A stretch of DNA of 61,424 nucleotides from a virus (IMGVR_UViG_3300028840_003815:1-61424); one strand, 5' to 3'; counted from the first letter of the stretch, positions 1 to 10,056 are shown. Numbers and translations: made by a program. Notes: generated by a model not told the origin, from the sequence alone.

Positions 1-144
1 GGGGCAGGAGCGACTACTGCATTAGAAGGGCAGAGAGATGCTTTGTCAGGACAGCAGGATGCAGCCAGAAAAGAGTTGCAAAACACTGAAGCAGTTGTGT
101 CTTCAATGCAGAATGCCATAGATCAATTTTCCTCAATGTTTAAA
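1..144. repeat. 144-bp direct terminal repeat, left copy (circular assembly overlap)
   Basis: 1-144 is identical to 61281-61424 and lies inside a continuous ORF. Confidence 0.97.
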
Positions 145-957
145 CAGGTTTTTGAACAAATGGGATTTGAAATTTCTGATACAATGGGGGAAATAAAAGC
201 CACTGTTGAAGAACCCATGTCCCCTAATGTTGATGTCAATCCAGCAAAATTAGCGCTTCAGGAACTTGCACAAGAAGCAGCCACCCAAGCTGCTACACTG
301 GAAAAAGAAAAGATCAAAATGTGGGAATCGTTTCAGGAAGCGGATGCACGTTTTCAAGGGTTAATCCTGCAAAACTATGAAACTCTTGCAGATCAAGCAA
401 AAACTGCAACTGAAAAATATAAAGGCTATATGGATGAGTTAAAAAAGCCTGTTGATACATATGTTAATTTTTATGGCACTGCAAGCCCTACTCTGCCATT
501 AACTGAGACAATAAATAATGTTAATTCGTTAATGTCTGATTTTAAATCAAATGCTACTGCTCAAATTGATTCTAATGTAAATCTAACTGCTGATTCTGGA
601 AGCGGGAAAATGTCATTTTCAGGAGCTATTACAGCAGCCCGTGAGGGCGTAACTGGGTTCTATGATTCATTACGGACGGGGGCGGTATTAAATATTGATA
701 CCAGTTCAGCACATCAGGCGTTAAATGGAATAGCAGCCAAAGCAGCCGGGGTTATGGCAAGTGTGGATGTAGTACAAACACAGAAAGCAGTTACACCGAA
801 ACCGATAACAGCAAAAGATTTTTTTGGCGATGTTAAGGATCTAGGCAAGACTGATTTACAATATAATGGCAAGGCGTATCCGGTTACGGGTGATAAAGAT
901 GTCATAAGTCAACTCCAAACAGCGCTCCGGCGTGGAACAAAAATGAGCGTATCATGA
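1..957 (+). CDS. tail tape-measure protein, C-terminal part (continues from 57444 across the circular junction)
   Basis: Same frame as the ORF starting at 57444 once the 144-bp overlap is removed; Ala/Gln/Glu-rich helical sequence. Confidence 0.9.
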   Translation, partial: GAGATTALEGQRDALSGQQDAARKELQNTEAVVSSMQNAIDQFSSMFKQVFEQMGFEISDTMGEIKATVEEPMSPNVDVNPAKLALQELAQEAATQAATLEKEKIKMWESFQEADARFQGLILQNYETLADQAKTATEKYKGYMDELKKPVDTYVNFYGTASPTLPLTETINNVNSLMSDFKSNATAQIDSNVNLTADSGSGKMSFSGAITAAREGVTGFYDSLRTGAVLNIDTSSAHQALNGIAAKAAGVMASVDVVQTQKAVTPKPITAKDFFGDVKDLGKTDLQYNGKAYPVTGDKDVISQLQTALRRGTKMSVS

Positions 958-1463
958 AAAATATGTCAAGACCAGGCTTTATATATAGTGTTGAAATAAA
1001 TGGAAAACGATTGCCACCCAAGCGGAATATTATCACGGATGAAGGCTTGAATTATTTAAATGATGCATCATTAACAGGAGGGACTCCGATAACAGATTTT
1101 TATTTATTGCTATTTGATAGTAATTATACGCCGTTAGGTACTGAAGCGTATACCACTCCTGGCTTTGTTGAGTATACCGGATATACTGAAGCAACTAGGG
1201 TTTTATGGGATAATGCAGGGACTTTAAACGGCGAGGCGACTAATGCGGCTAATCCTGCTCAATTTTCAGTTGCAAATGAAACTGAATCGCCTATTACTAT
1301 TTATGGCACTGCCATTGTCGGTGGCGGTTCCGCTCCTGATACAAAAGGGGATATTGCAGGTGGAGGTATATTATTGTCAATCGGTCGGTTCCCTTTCGCA
1401 CAATTGATTAATCCAGGCAATACAATTATTTCAGTTACAGCAACGCATAGGATGAAGCGATAA
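954..1463 (+). CDS. virion tail protein
   Basis: Overlaps the tape-measure stop (ATGA); Gly/Thr-rich beta-type sequence. Confidence 0.65.
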   Translation: MKNMSRPGFIYSVEINGKRLPPKRNIITDEGLNYLNDASLTGGTPITDFYLLLFDSNYTPLGTEAYTTPGFVEYTGYTEATRVLWDNAGTLNGEATNAANPAQFSVANETESPITIYGTAIVGGGSAPDTKGDIAGGGILLSIGRFPFAQLINPGNTIISVTATHRMKR

Positions 1464-2282
1464 ATGGCAAAACTTTATACTTCCTGGAATCCCGATGACA
1501 AATATTCAGATGCTATTGTATTATCAAATAATAATTTAACTGTATCCAGGGGGGCTGGTGGCGGTTTTATTTCAATTAGAAGCGTATTAAATACAAGTAT
1601 TGTTTCTGGCAAAATTTATATTGAAGTAAAAAAACAGTGTGATCTTACAGATATAGATATAGGCGTTGTTGATATAAGTCAGCCGCTTGGTAATATGTAT
1701 AATATTCCTAATGCCTTTATTTACAGGTCTACCGGTGTCTATTACGGAACGGGGGGCAGCCCAGGACACCCAGCTTATTTTGAAAATGATATTGTAAATA
1801 TTGCAATTGATTTTGATGATAATAAAATATGGTTTGGTATTAATGGAGTTTGGAATGATGGAGACCCGGCAACAGGCTTAAATCAATCTATGTCTCTTAA
1901 CTCTCCTGTTACTTATGCAATTGTGGCAGGGTTAGCCGGCGACTCTCAATTGACTGCTAATTTTGGAGCTTCAGATTTTATTTATTCTGTTCCTGAAGGA
2001 TTTTTAAGTGGATATTTTGAAGACACATCCATTTATGTTTTATCCGGTACTGTAAAGGATGGAGCAACGCCACTTCAAAGAACAGTAAGAGTTGAAAAAC
2101 ATTCCAATAAAGGGTTTGTAGGTGAACAGACAAGCAATACTGATGGTTCTTTTGAATTTGATTCTGTTACATATCCATTATTAGCCGATAATGATACTTT
2201 TGATATTTTCGCATATGGGGATGATACAACAGAGTCAGGGCAAATTTTATCTTTTGGTAATGTAACAGCAAAAGAAACATAA
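1464..2282 (+). CDS. SPRY/B30.2-like (lectin-fold) tail protein, putative receptor binding
   Basis: WNPDDK..LSNNNLT..SGKIYIEV..DIVNIAIDFDDNKIWFGING..ANFGASDF.Y.VPEGF motifs typical of phage SPRY domains. Confidence 0.75.
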   Translation: MAKLYTSWNPDDKYSDAIVLSNNNLTVSRGAGGGFISIRSVLNTSIVSGKIYIEVKKQCDLTDIDIGVVDISQPLGNMYNIPNAFIYRSTGVYYGTGGSPGHPAYFENDIVNIAIDFDDNKIWFGINGVWNDGDPATGLNQSMSLNSPVTYAIVAGLAGDSQLTANFGASDFIYSVPEGFLSGYFEDTSIYVLSGTVKDGATPLQRTVRVEKHSNKGFVGEQTSNTDGSFEFDSVTYPLLADNDTFDIFAYGDDTTESGQILSFGNVTAKET

Positions 2283-2287
2283 CATAT

Positions 2288-3790
2288 ATGGCTATTTATA
2301 CACAGCCCGCCGGTGATGAATTATTCTTTGATTTTTCGACAGAATATACACAACCCGCCGGTGATGAATTATTCTTTGATTTTTCGGCAGGAGACGGCGG
2401 CTTATCTATTACTGAATCTGCGGTTCCTAAAGATGAATTTGAAATTATTTCAGAAGCATATTATGATAGACTTGAATCTGTGGTTCCTGAAGATGAATTT
2501 GAAATTATTTCAGAATCATATTATGACAGAATTGAATCTGTAATCCCTGAAGATGAATACGATTCATATATATTATTATTAGAATCAGATACTAATGAAA
2601 CAATTGCTCAAGATGATTACACCTTTGATATATCGTTAAGGCCGGGAGAATTTGAAGTGATAGATAATGTTGAAATCTTTTTATTTAAAAAATGGACAAC
2701 AGAAAATGGTACGGCTCTAAAAGGGTTAGTTCCTGCCTCTCATGTAATAGAAGACTGGGAAATTAATTTAAATGAAGATAATTATTGCTTTGAATTTTCA
2801 GCAAATGTTTTAGGTTCTGAATTTTGGGAATTTTGCAATCCTTTAATTGAACAAAATACCATAAAAATTAGATTTGTATTCAATAAAATACTCCCTGATG
2901 AGTCCGTATCAAGTGAAACATTCCAATTTTTAATTGAAGAAAGAGAAGATGTTTATAAGGGAGAAATCTTCAAAATATGGGGAAGGTCTGAACATGCTTT
3001 TTTAGGTGAGGGCTTTTCTGATTCAATAACAGACTCAGAAATTCCGTATGCGATTGAAGCAAACCCTTGGCAAGCCCGGCATACAACAGTGGGTGATTCT
3101 ATTCAATTTATTTATGACAATTATACCCCTGAATTGTATAGACGTGATTATTCTACAAAAATTTATCTGACTGTTGAAAATTATCCTATTTACCGGGGGC
3201 AGTTTTCAGCACAAGAAAAATACCCCATTGACATGTTAAAAGAATTTGCTGATGCAATTGGGGCAGTTATCAGGCCGTTAAATATTATTGAGTCAATTTA
3301 TAATACAGGCGGTTTTGTTTCTATTGAACCTTTTTTTGTCAAAACAGAGGAAGTTATTCCTTATCAAATAGCTGCTGAATATGACGGTGCTGTTGATCTT
3401 TTAACGCCTTCAAGCCGTGTGCTATCCATGCCTAAATATAATAAAGTCAAAGTTTATGGCCCCACTCCTTACAATGATAGAGATAAAGCAGAGGGTGGTG
3501 ATGGTTCCGGTGGCACTAATGAAGATGGTTCGGGAACTTTTAGCAGTGGTACAGGTGTTTTTGTAGCACAGCAAATATGGGTTTATGATAAAGATACACC
3601 GCACCCTCGTGAACCAGTTGCAGGCGCTTCTGTTACAATAAATGATATATCTCAAGGCGTAACAAATGAGAACGGTTATCTTGAAACAGAACCTTTTGAA
3701 GTGGGGGTTAGTATGAGTGTTCAAGTAACACATCCAGAATATGCGGAACAAATTGACACAACTATAACAGCACAAGGGTCTGCCTCGTGA
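2288..3790 (+). CDS. tail tip/hub-like protein with N-terminal tandem repeats
   Basis: Position in tail module; very acidic; C-terminal PVAGASVTIN..GVTNENG Ig-like motif. Confidence 0.6.
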   Translation: MAIYTQPAGDELFFDFSTEYTQPAGDELFFDFSAGDGGLSITESAVPKDEFEIISEAYYDRLESVVPEDEFEIISESYYDRIESVIPEDEYDSYILLLESDTNETIAQDDYTFDISLRPGEFEVIDNVEIFLFKKWTTENGTALKGLVPASHVIEDWEINLNEDNYCFEFSANVLGSEFWEFCNPLIEQNTIKIRFVFNKILPDESVSSETFQFLIEEREDVYKGEIFKIWGRSEHAFLGEGFSDSITDSEIPYAIEANPWQARHTTVGDSIQFIYDNYTPELYRRDYSTKIYLTVENYPIYRGQFSAQEKYPIDMLKEFADAIGAVIRPLNIIESIYNTGGFVSIEPFFVKTEEVIPYQIAAEYDGAVDLLTPSSRVLSMPKYNKVKVYGPTPYNDRDKAEGGDGSGGTNEDGSGTFSSGTGVFVAQQIWVYDKDTPHPREPVAGASVTINDISQGVTNENGYLETEPFEVGVSMSVQVTHPEYAEQIDTTITAQGSAS

Positions 3791-4362
3791 GCCATGAAAT
3801 TTTATTACGGCATAATGTTCCTTTACTGGATGATACTGTCTATGAATATGTAGACGGGAATCATTTGTTTTATTTGTCTAATATTAACAGTGAGTTTGTT
3901 AGCCCTGCAAAAAATATTTTTCTTATGGGGAAAGCAGGCCCAGGCCCTGCTGTTGGCGGTACTGATGCAGATACAAGGGCAATATCTATTACCGAGGGAG
4001 GGGATTATAATTTCAGCAATGTTAGCGGCCTTCCATGTCAATATGATTTTACTTTATTTTTGGTTTTTTATTATGACGGCCCCGACCCGAACTATAATTA
4101 TTATATTACACCGACTCTTGTGGAATGGAATGGAGAACAAGTTTTCCCTGCTCAAAACGGCGGCTTAACAGGGTTTTATGTGTCTGGAAATACCTTTAAT
4201 TTATATTCTCTTACAGCAGAATTGGATGGATTTGAAACTATCGAAATTGATAATTTTGTTAAATATAAAGAAGAAAATTTTGGGTGGGATTGTAGCACTT
4301 GGAAAATATATGAACAGTTAGGACTTAAAGTAACATTTCAAAAGATGATTGAAACGCCATAA
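3787..4362 (+). CDS. putative tail protein
   Basis: Overlapping start/stop in tail operon. Confidence 0.5.
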   Translation: MSHEILLRHNVPLLDDTVYEYVDGNHLFYLSNINSEFVSPAKNIFLMGKAGPGPAVGGTDADTRAISITEGGDYNFSNVSGLPCQYDFTLFLVFYYDGPDPNYNYYITPTLVEWNGEQVFPAQNGGLTGFYVSGNTFNLYSLTAELDGFETIEIDNFVKYKEENFGWDCSTWKIYEQLGLKVTFQKMIETP

Positions 4363-4371
4363 AGGAAATAT

Positions 4372-4707
4372 ATGCCAATACAAATAATATGTAAACGTGG
4401 AAATGCTACAAGAGAAGCTCCCCCCATTCAATCTAATTTAATAAACAGCGTAACTATGGCTAAATCCATAGGAAAGCGTTTCTTTGACGATCCAAAACAG
4501 GGGAGTTTTTATTTAACTCAGTATCATAAATTTACAGCACCGTATAAAATGGGGATAGCACCGGGAAAATTTATAAAATTAACATCTGAAAGAATGGCTT
4601 TACAAAATGCTGAAATGAAAGTTAAATCAGTTAGAATTTATCCTGGGGAAGCTTCTATTATGTGTGAAATAGAAGCTATTCAATTTATAAACCCGGAAGG
4701 AGGCTAA
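4372..4707 (+). CDS. putative tail tip protein
   Basis: AAGGA RBS; in tail operon. Confidence 0.55.
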   Translation: MPIQIICKRGNATREAPPIQSNLINSVTMAKSIGKRFFDDPKQGSFYLTQYHKFTAPYKMGIAPGKFIKLTSERMALQNAEMKVKSVRIYPGEASIMCEIEAIQFINPEGG

Positions 4708-4708
4708 A

Positions 4709-4954
4709 ATGATTGACGAAATAAAGAAAATTACAAAAAAAGATATTAAAGAGCAGCCTGTCAAGGCTGCTCAAGTTATTGCCGTTCTTGCGAATGGTCA
4801 AGTCCAAGTTAAAGATCAAGCTGGCAGAATATCTTACGCAATGGGTAACGGTGATGAGGTTTCCATTACCCAAAACGTATATATTACAGGTTCCTATGTT
4901 GTCAATACTAATGGGCCTCGTATGTTTCCAGAATTGGAGGAGTTTGATGTTTAA
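4709..4954 (+). CDS. small OB-fold-like tail protein
   Basis: GGAGG RBS; last gene of the + strand tail operon; short beta-rich sequence. Confidence 0.5.
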   Translation: MIDEIKKITKKDIKEQPVKAAQVIAVLANGQVQVKDQAGRISYAMGNGDEVSITQNVYITGSYVVNTNGPRMFPELEEFDV

Positions 4955-5018
4955 CGCCCTCCTGTCAGGTAGTCCTGCAAAGGTAGTGTGAATAATATTC
5001 AGAGTGCTGGTGTTTAAA

Positions 5019-5321
5019 CTAATGAATCAGATTTATCACTACTTGTGCAGGACTATCTTCGGGTTTAATAATTTCAATTTTTGTACCGCAAAACGGACAA
5101 AATGTTATAGGCATTGTTTCATGTGTAACGACTTCCGGGTAAACAGAGCATGTATATATACATACATTATTTATTGTATTCATGTTTTTATCAAAATCGC
5201 CAAAACCGATAAATCTTGAATCCCAAGCCTCCTGAACTTTTTTACAGCAAGGTAAAAAGTTAGTTTCTGTAATTTCAAAAATATCATCTGAATATTGTAC
5301 TTTCATTGTAAATATTTTCAT
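5019..5321 (-). CDS. hypothetical protein with Zn-ribbon (CC...FCPFCG)
   Basis: ORF with Cys motif. Confidence 0.65.
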   Translation of the reverse strand: MKIFTMKVQYSDDIFEITETNFLPCCKKVQEAWDSRFIGFGDFDKNMNTINNVCIYTCSVYPEVVTHETMPITFCPFCGTKIEIIKPEDSPAQVVINLIH

Positions 5322-5324
5322 GAT

Positions 5325-5531
5325 TTACCGCTCTTCAAAAATAGTAATTTTTATATCAAAATAAAGTTTTCGTTTACAGGAAGGACAGATAAAATAATCA
5401 TCTTTATCATAACTTAAGATAGCATCAGACCAACCTTCAAACTCTTGTCCGCAAACACATTTTAACAAAGACAAAAAATCATTATTAGAATATCCAAAAT
5501 CAACTTTATCCGTTACATCCAAGTCTTTCAT
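5325..5531 (-). CDS. small Zn-ribbon protein
   Basis: AAGGA RBS before ATG 5531; CVCG..CPSC. Confidence 0.65.
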   Translation of the reverse strand: MKDLDVTDKVDFGYSNNDFLSLLKCVCGQEFEGWSDAILSYDKDDYFICPSCKRKLYFDIKITIFEER

Positions 5532-5550
5532 GAATCTATTCCTTTCTGTC

Positions 5551-5712
5551 TTACCGTTTACTATTCCAAACTGTAATGGCTTTATTGCATATAATACACA
5601 AAACAACTGTGAATTTAGGAGAAAAAGCAACAAGGTCAACGGCATCCGTATCAGTGTGCTTATATCCGCAATGAGGACAAACGATATTCGTTATTGTTCC
5701 GGCTCTATCCAT
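5551..5712 (-). CDS. 53-aa Zn-ribbon protein (not in ORF track)
   Basis: AAGGAG RBS; MDRAGTITNIVCPHCG...CIIC. Confidence 0.6.
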   Translation of the reverse strand: MDRAGTITNIVCPHCGYKHTDTDAVDLVAFSPKFTVVLCIICNKAITVWNSKR

Positions 5713-5769
5713 AGTTATACTCCTTTTAATTCATTCAACAGAAGATTTGCGGTCTCCTGTTGAATGAGA

Positions 5770-6696
5770 CTATCGCCTTCTATTTAAATCAAATTCTGTA
5801 CAGACCGGCTGCCCTGAAAATCCATATTGCCACTGTTCAGGGTATTCTTTGCTATCAATGTCAAAAGCCTTAGACAAGTGTTTTATCTTGCAAAATTTCT
5901 TCTTTGTACATATCTTGCAATAAATTGCATTCATGAGGGATTCTTCAGTTGGGGATACCGGTTTAAACGGTTGCCCTGCTTTATCCTCAAGTTTTTTTGC
6001 TACTGATTGAGGCAAGAAAACCTTATGCTTCCTGAGTATTGCAGAGACTTTTTTAACTGAGTTCCCATTACTATACCCGTAAACTCTTTTGGCGATTTGA
6101 CTTAATGATAAATCCTTGTTTCTCAATTGGATAATATCAAACTCTTTTTCAGAGTACTGTATTGGTAAATCCGGTTGGCGGTGTGGCTGTGTCGGTTGAA
6201 AATCTTGTGAAAGCTGTTGAATGATTTCCTGTGAAACCTGATATTCCAATGTCTTCAATTTTGCCTTTTTAAATTTTAAAAAGGATTCAAATAAAATTTC
6301 CATCTGACTCGGTTCATAATGCTGAATTTCGGCGCTTTGTTCAAGGGCGGAAAAAGCCCGCATAATTTGAATTGAGCGCTTGATAGCAATGTCTGTATGA
6401 AGAACGGCTGAAAGCATGTTGCAGCCTTCACGGGTGAAGGCGTGAGGAAGGTATTTAACATCTTGTAACCATTGAAAGGTCGCACCCTGCGACCTTAGAA
6501 TTCCAACTTCATCCTTTGTCATCTGGAATATAAAATCTTCCGGGAACCGTTCAGGGTTTCTTTTGACTGCTTCATTAACTCTTTTGGTTTCAGTCCCGTA
6601 AATAACTGCAATGTCTTTATCTAACATTGCGTCCGGCCTGCCTTCAAGCCTGATGATTTGCGATTGAATTTCTGTAACTGTTAATTCCGTATTCAT
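5770..6696 (-). CDS. ORF6N-domain antirepressor-like DNA-binding protein
   Basis: MLDKDIAVIYGTETKRVNEAVKRNPERFPEDFIFQ..PHAFTREG..MLSAVL is the ORF6N signature. Confidence 0.9.
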   Translation of the reverse strand: MNTELTVTEIQSQIIRLEGRPDAMLDKDIAVIYGTETKRVNEAVKRNPERFPEDFIFQMTKDEVGILRSQGATFQWLQDVKYLPHAFTREGCNMLSAVLHTDIAIKRSIQIMRAFSALEQSAEIQHYEPSQMEILFESFLKFKKAKLKTLEYQVSQEIIQQLSQDFQPTQPHRQPDLPIQYSEKEFDIIQLRNKDLSLSQIAKRVYGYSNGNSVKKVSAILRKHKVFLPQSVAKKLEDKAGQPFKPVSPTEESLMNAIYCKICTKKKFCKIKHLSKAFDIDSKEYPEQWQYGFSGQPVCTEFDLNRRR

Positions 6697-6726
6697 ACTT
6701 GTCTCCTTTTTAGAATCCTGATGTCA

Positions 6727-6993
6727 TTATACATCTTTGTTTGACAGCCTTTCACATATATCCTTTTTCAAAGATATAACTTTTGATGAATTTTTCATTA
6801 ACATAACTACGAAGTAAGCTTGTACATTACTAAGCTGATAATATGTAATCGGGCGACCTCCTGAATAATTTTTTTTTTCAATCATTTTATCATTTCCGCA
6901 CTCCTGAATGATTGCTTCATGGCGTTTTATAAGCAGCACTACTGTTCTATGCTGAACGCCTGATATTTCTGACACATATAAACTTGTTAGCAT
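6727..6993 (-). CDS. Rha-family regulator
   Basis: TSL.VSE.SGVQH..V..LI...GGRP..YY.L...QA..V..LM.NS..V..LK. Confidence 0.75.
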   Translation of the reverse strand: MLTSLYVSEISGVQHRTVVLLIKRHEAIIQECGNDKMIEKKNYSGGRPITYYQLSNVQAYFVVMLMKNSSKVISLKKDICERLSNKDV

Positions 6994-7139
6994 TTTTTAA
7001 ATTCCTTTATGTAGAAAAATATAATCATATTTATACATTTATCTGTTATAAAAGTCAACCATTTTTAACTTTACAATCATCTTTTTTTATGATACCGGAA
7101 TAGGACACTTTATCAATTGTACTATGTTTTGGAGTTTAA

Positions 7140-7571
7140 ATGACTACACAAATTTTAAAAACAGATAATGAGATTCTCGTTACTCTGGATAATGATATGC
7201 TATGGATAGATGAGTTTGAATATAATCCAATACTTATAGATGAGTCTGACACAGCAGATTATGGGATATGGCACAACGAAGCACTCCGGCCTGATGAAGT
7301 CGGTAGAAAAATTACTCTGGAAAGTCAAGACGGATTAGGCTTTCAAAAAAGAAGTACAGTCATTGCATTAAAAATGCTTGATATTGTTCCAAATACAAAA
7401 TATAAATTAAAAATTATTGATGAGGGTTCGACTATTGAAAAAATTGTCAGGTTTGACCATTCCGGTGATGAGGGCGGGGTATCATTCCGGCCTGCGTCCA
7501 GTATTGCAGGGATAAGCCCGACAGAATTTTGGTATACAGGCCGGATAAGTATGATAGTTACAACTGTTTAA
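7140..7571 (+). CDS. putative distal-tail-type virion protein, displaced from the tail module
   Basis: L..DMLW.DEF...P...GR.ITL....G...R.T pattern resembles siphophage tail proteins; GGAG RBS. Confidence 0.5.
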   Translation: MTTQILKTDNEILVTLDNDMLWIDEFEYNPILIDESDTADYGIWHNEALRPDEVGRKITLESQDGLGFQKRSTVIALKMLDIVPNTKYKLKIIDEGSTIEKIVRFDHSGDEGGVSFRPASSIAGISPTEFWYTGRISMIVTTV

Positions 7572-7777
7572 ATGCTTTCTATTGGATTGTTAGGTGTAAA
7601 TTCAGACTTTGGAATGAATGACACTATATTATGAAGATAACCGCCACAACTCCCTATACATGACCAAGAACCTGATGACTCATTTCTAAATAAATTACCT
7701 ACCATCATAGAGCCTTCTTTATCGACGGCAAGAACTTCGTCATTCAACCCGATTTCTGAAATATTATACTTTTTCAT
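7568..7777 (-). CDS. hypothetical protein (paralog of the N-terminus of 7774..8169)
   Basis: AGGAGG RBS; LA..K.S...G.....SW shared with neighbour. Confidence 0.65.
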   Translation of the reverse strand: MKKYNISEIGLNDEVLAVDKEGSMMVGNLFRNESSGSWSCIGSCGGYLHNIVSFIPKSEFTPNNPIESI

Positions 7778-8169
7778 TCTTCCTCCTTTAAAGCATATTC
7801 CATTTTTGCGTTGAATAATATATTCCACGCACGATCTTCTTTAGCAGATGCTACGTGCCATTCTTTGGAATCCTTCTCAATCGCATTCAAAATCTTTTTT
7901 GCGTCTGCATAAGCTTCAGCAGCTACCCTGACATTTTCTTCAAGTTTTTCCAGTGAAAAAGACTTTGATTGAGACTTGAACGATTCAATTAAATCATTCT
8001 CAGAAATGACAGATACAACATTGCTCATGCTGTCTCCCCCATTGATACACCAGGAAGTTTTTGCCATATTGACTATATCGCCGAAAAGAATAGATTCCTT
8101 TTCATTAATAGCCAAGTAGCGACTTTTTTGGTCAATTTCAACATCTTCAACCTTTTTCCATTTCATCAT
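7774..8169 (-). CDS. hypothetical protein
   Basis: ORF, coupled to neighbours. Confidence 0.7.
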   Translation of the reverse strand: MMKWKKVEDVEIDQKSRYLAINEKESILFGDIVNMAKTSWCINGGDSMSNVVSVISENDLIESFKSQSKSFSLEKLEENVRVAAEAYADAKKILNAIEKDSKEWHVASAKEDRAWNILFNAKMEYALKEEE

Positions 8170-8470
8170 TTAACAATGCCTCTCCTTCCCTGATTAAATA
8201 TTCAAGTGTTTCTCGATGATACTCATCATCATTTATATAAATCTTTTTCCAGATTCCATTCAGATTTACAGTTTTTGGAATTGTCATTGCAATTCCGTTT
8301 ACTGCATAAAGGATTTTGGGTTGTTCCGGGTCAATTAGACAGATAGCTCCGCCTGAATACGAAGCTTTTTTGACTAAAAGAACAGCCTTTGGAATTGTTA
8401 AAGGCCATACTTTACCTTGTTCTTCAAATTGAGATTTTGAGACTCGCTTACTTTTCATGTCTTCAAACAC
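8147..8470 (-). CDS. YebY/DUF2511-like protein
   Basis: VSK..F...WPLT....L...YAVNGIA pattern; GGAGG RBS. Confidence 0.45.
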   Translation of the reverse strand: MFEDMKSKRVSKSQFEEQGKVWPLTIPKAVLLVKKASYSGGAICLIDPEQPKILYAVNGIAMTIPKTVNLNGIWKKIYINDDEYHRETLEYLIREGEALLNDEMEKG

Positions 8471-8969
8471 TTTTCACCTCCTTTTCAGATAAAAGCCATT
8501 CATAAAAATTCTTAACAGCTTGAGATATATCATTATCAATTCTGGCATAATAATCATACTCATAATTTAGAGTACATTCATCAGCCGGAACCCCTGTTTC
8601 TATTGCAAAATCAGATTCTATATGGAGAGTATAAACTCTTTCTTTATAATGTTTTTTTATCATATCTATATATTCAGCCTGTCTGATATGACAAAAAATT
8701 ATTGAATCTGAATCTGAAACTGAATCAATTTTTTCACATAAAAGCTTCAGAGGTTTTCTGTTTGTATTCATCCAGGCTATTAATACATTTTGTAATAGTA
8801 GTCTATACTCTGAATCTTTCTCATAATTATATTTGTTGAATAGTTCTTTCACCGGGTCTATTAAAGAAAAATTTATAATTGGAATATCAGAAATTTCTTT
8901 TAAATGTCTAATAAATGTGTCTTTCCCTGCGTTTGCTTTTCCGTTTACAATAATGATAGGGTTACTCAT
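8463..8969 (-). CDS. P-loop nucleotide (dNMP) kinase-like protein
   Basis: N-terminal IIIVNGKANAGKDT Walker A; near thyX. Confidence 0.75.
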   Translation of the reverse strand: MSNPIIIVNGKANAGKDTFIRHLKEISDIPIINFSLIDPVKELFNKYNYEKDSEYRLLLQNVLIAWMNTNRKPLKLLCEKIDSVSDSDSIIFCHIRQAEYIDMIKKHYKERVYTLHIESDFAIETGVPADECTLNYEYDYYARIDNDISQAVKNFYEWLLSEKEVKSV

Positions 8970-9047
8970 AAACTCCTTTATATGAGGCTCTAAAACGCTG
9001 TGTTAGAGCCTCATTATTCAATGTTCTGTTAAATAATAATGTTTTTC

Positions 9048-9374
9048 TTAACAGTAGATAGTTTCAAGAAAAAACACTATATCCATATAATTGATACGGA
9101 TTCCCAAATGACGAAATTCTGACATAAATTCAATTACATTATTGTTAATCTCAGCTAAGTTAGCTCCTGGAATTATAAAATAATAAACAAAATTTCCATT
9201 TTCTTTTTTAGAAAATGATTCAAATTTGTTTTCAAATGGCAATTCATACAAACATAAGTCAGGATTGTCTTCCCATTCTTTTTTTGTAAAATGATTATTT
9301 GCAATCAATTCTTGAACAAGGGCATCAGTAAGCAAAAGTCCTACGCCAGAATATATTGTTATTGGCATATCCAT
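9048..9374 (-). CDS. hypothetical protein
   Basis: AAGGAG RBS. Confidence 0.7.
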   Translation of the reverse strand: MDMPITIYSGVGLLLTDALVQELIANNHFTKKEWEDNPDLCLYELPFENKFESFSKKENGNFVYYFIIPGANLAEINNNVIEFMSEFRHLGIRINYMDIVFFLETIYC

Positions 9375-9441
9375 AAACTCCTTTATATGAGGCTCTCAGG
9401 CTGTATAACACAGCGCTTTAGAGCCTCATTGTTGAAGGTTC

Positions 9442-10056
9442 TTAAAGAACAAGTCCTATATCATCAAATATTACAGGGTATTTGTCTTTCAAATTATGCA
9501 ACAATTGAATCATAAGCTCTCTGATTTGCGGGTGTGCAGCTTTCGATGTTCTCAGACTTAAAATATGTCTCAATTCCCTGATGTTTGCAGTCATAACAAT
9601 CACGGTTTTAAGGCTGTTAGGTAACACACTTCTGGCTTGTTCCGGCTTGGCTCCTTTTGCAAGGAGTTGTACATACATCATTTCTGCATAATTCATTGCA
9701 GTTTCCCAATTCATCATTTCCAGTGATGAATTTTTCCAGAATACCGGCCTGATGACTGCAATGCCATTTTTATACATGCAGTATCTTGTGCTTTCCTGAC
9801 TGTACGAAGCAAGGCGATGTCTTACAAGTTCATGCGATACTCCCCTATCCGTAATGAACTTTATGGTAAAGTTCATATGTTCAATCACGCTGTGATGCCC
9901 TGATTTTATAATTTTCTTTACAAATCCGGCTGCTGAATCAGCGGTTATTTTCCCCTCGCTTTGATAGCATGTTCTGCCTGCCAGTTCGATATTCTTTAAA
10001 ATAGTCTCACCATCCGGTGAGAATAAAATCTCATGAGACTGGTCAATTATCTTCAT
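9442..10056 (-). CDS. thyX: flavin-dependent thymidylate synthase
   Basis: GHHSVIEH, RGVSHELVRHRLASYSQESTRY, EQARSVLP, AHPQIR motifs. Confidence 0.97.
   Translation of the reverse strand: MKIIDQSHEILFSPDGETILKNIELAGRTCYQSEGKITADSAAGFVKKIIKSGHHSVIEHMNFTIKFITDRGVSHELVRHRLASYSQESTRYCMYKNGIAVIRPVFWKNSSLEMMNWETAMNYAEMMYVQLLAKGAKPEQARSVLPNSLKTVIVMTANIRELRHILSLRTSKAAHPQIRELMIQLLHNLKDKYPVIFDDIGLVL

Noticed and set aside
1-144. Biological terminal repeat of the virion DNA
   Set aside because: It lies in the middle of the tape-measure gene; more simply an assembler overlap.
1464-2282. Diversity-generating retroelement target
   Set aside because: No reverse transcriptase and no template/variable repeat pair differing at adenines was found by eye.
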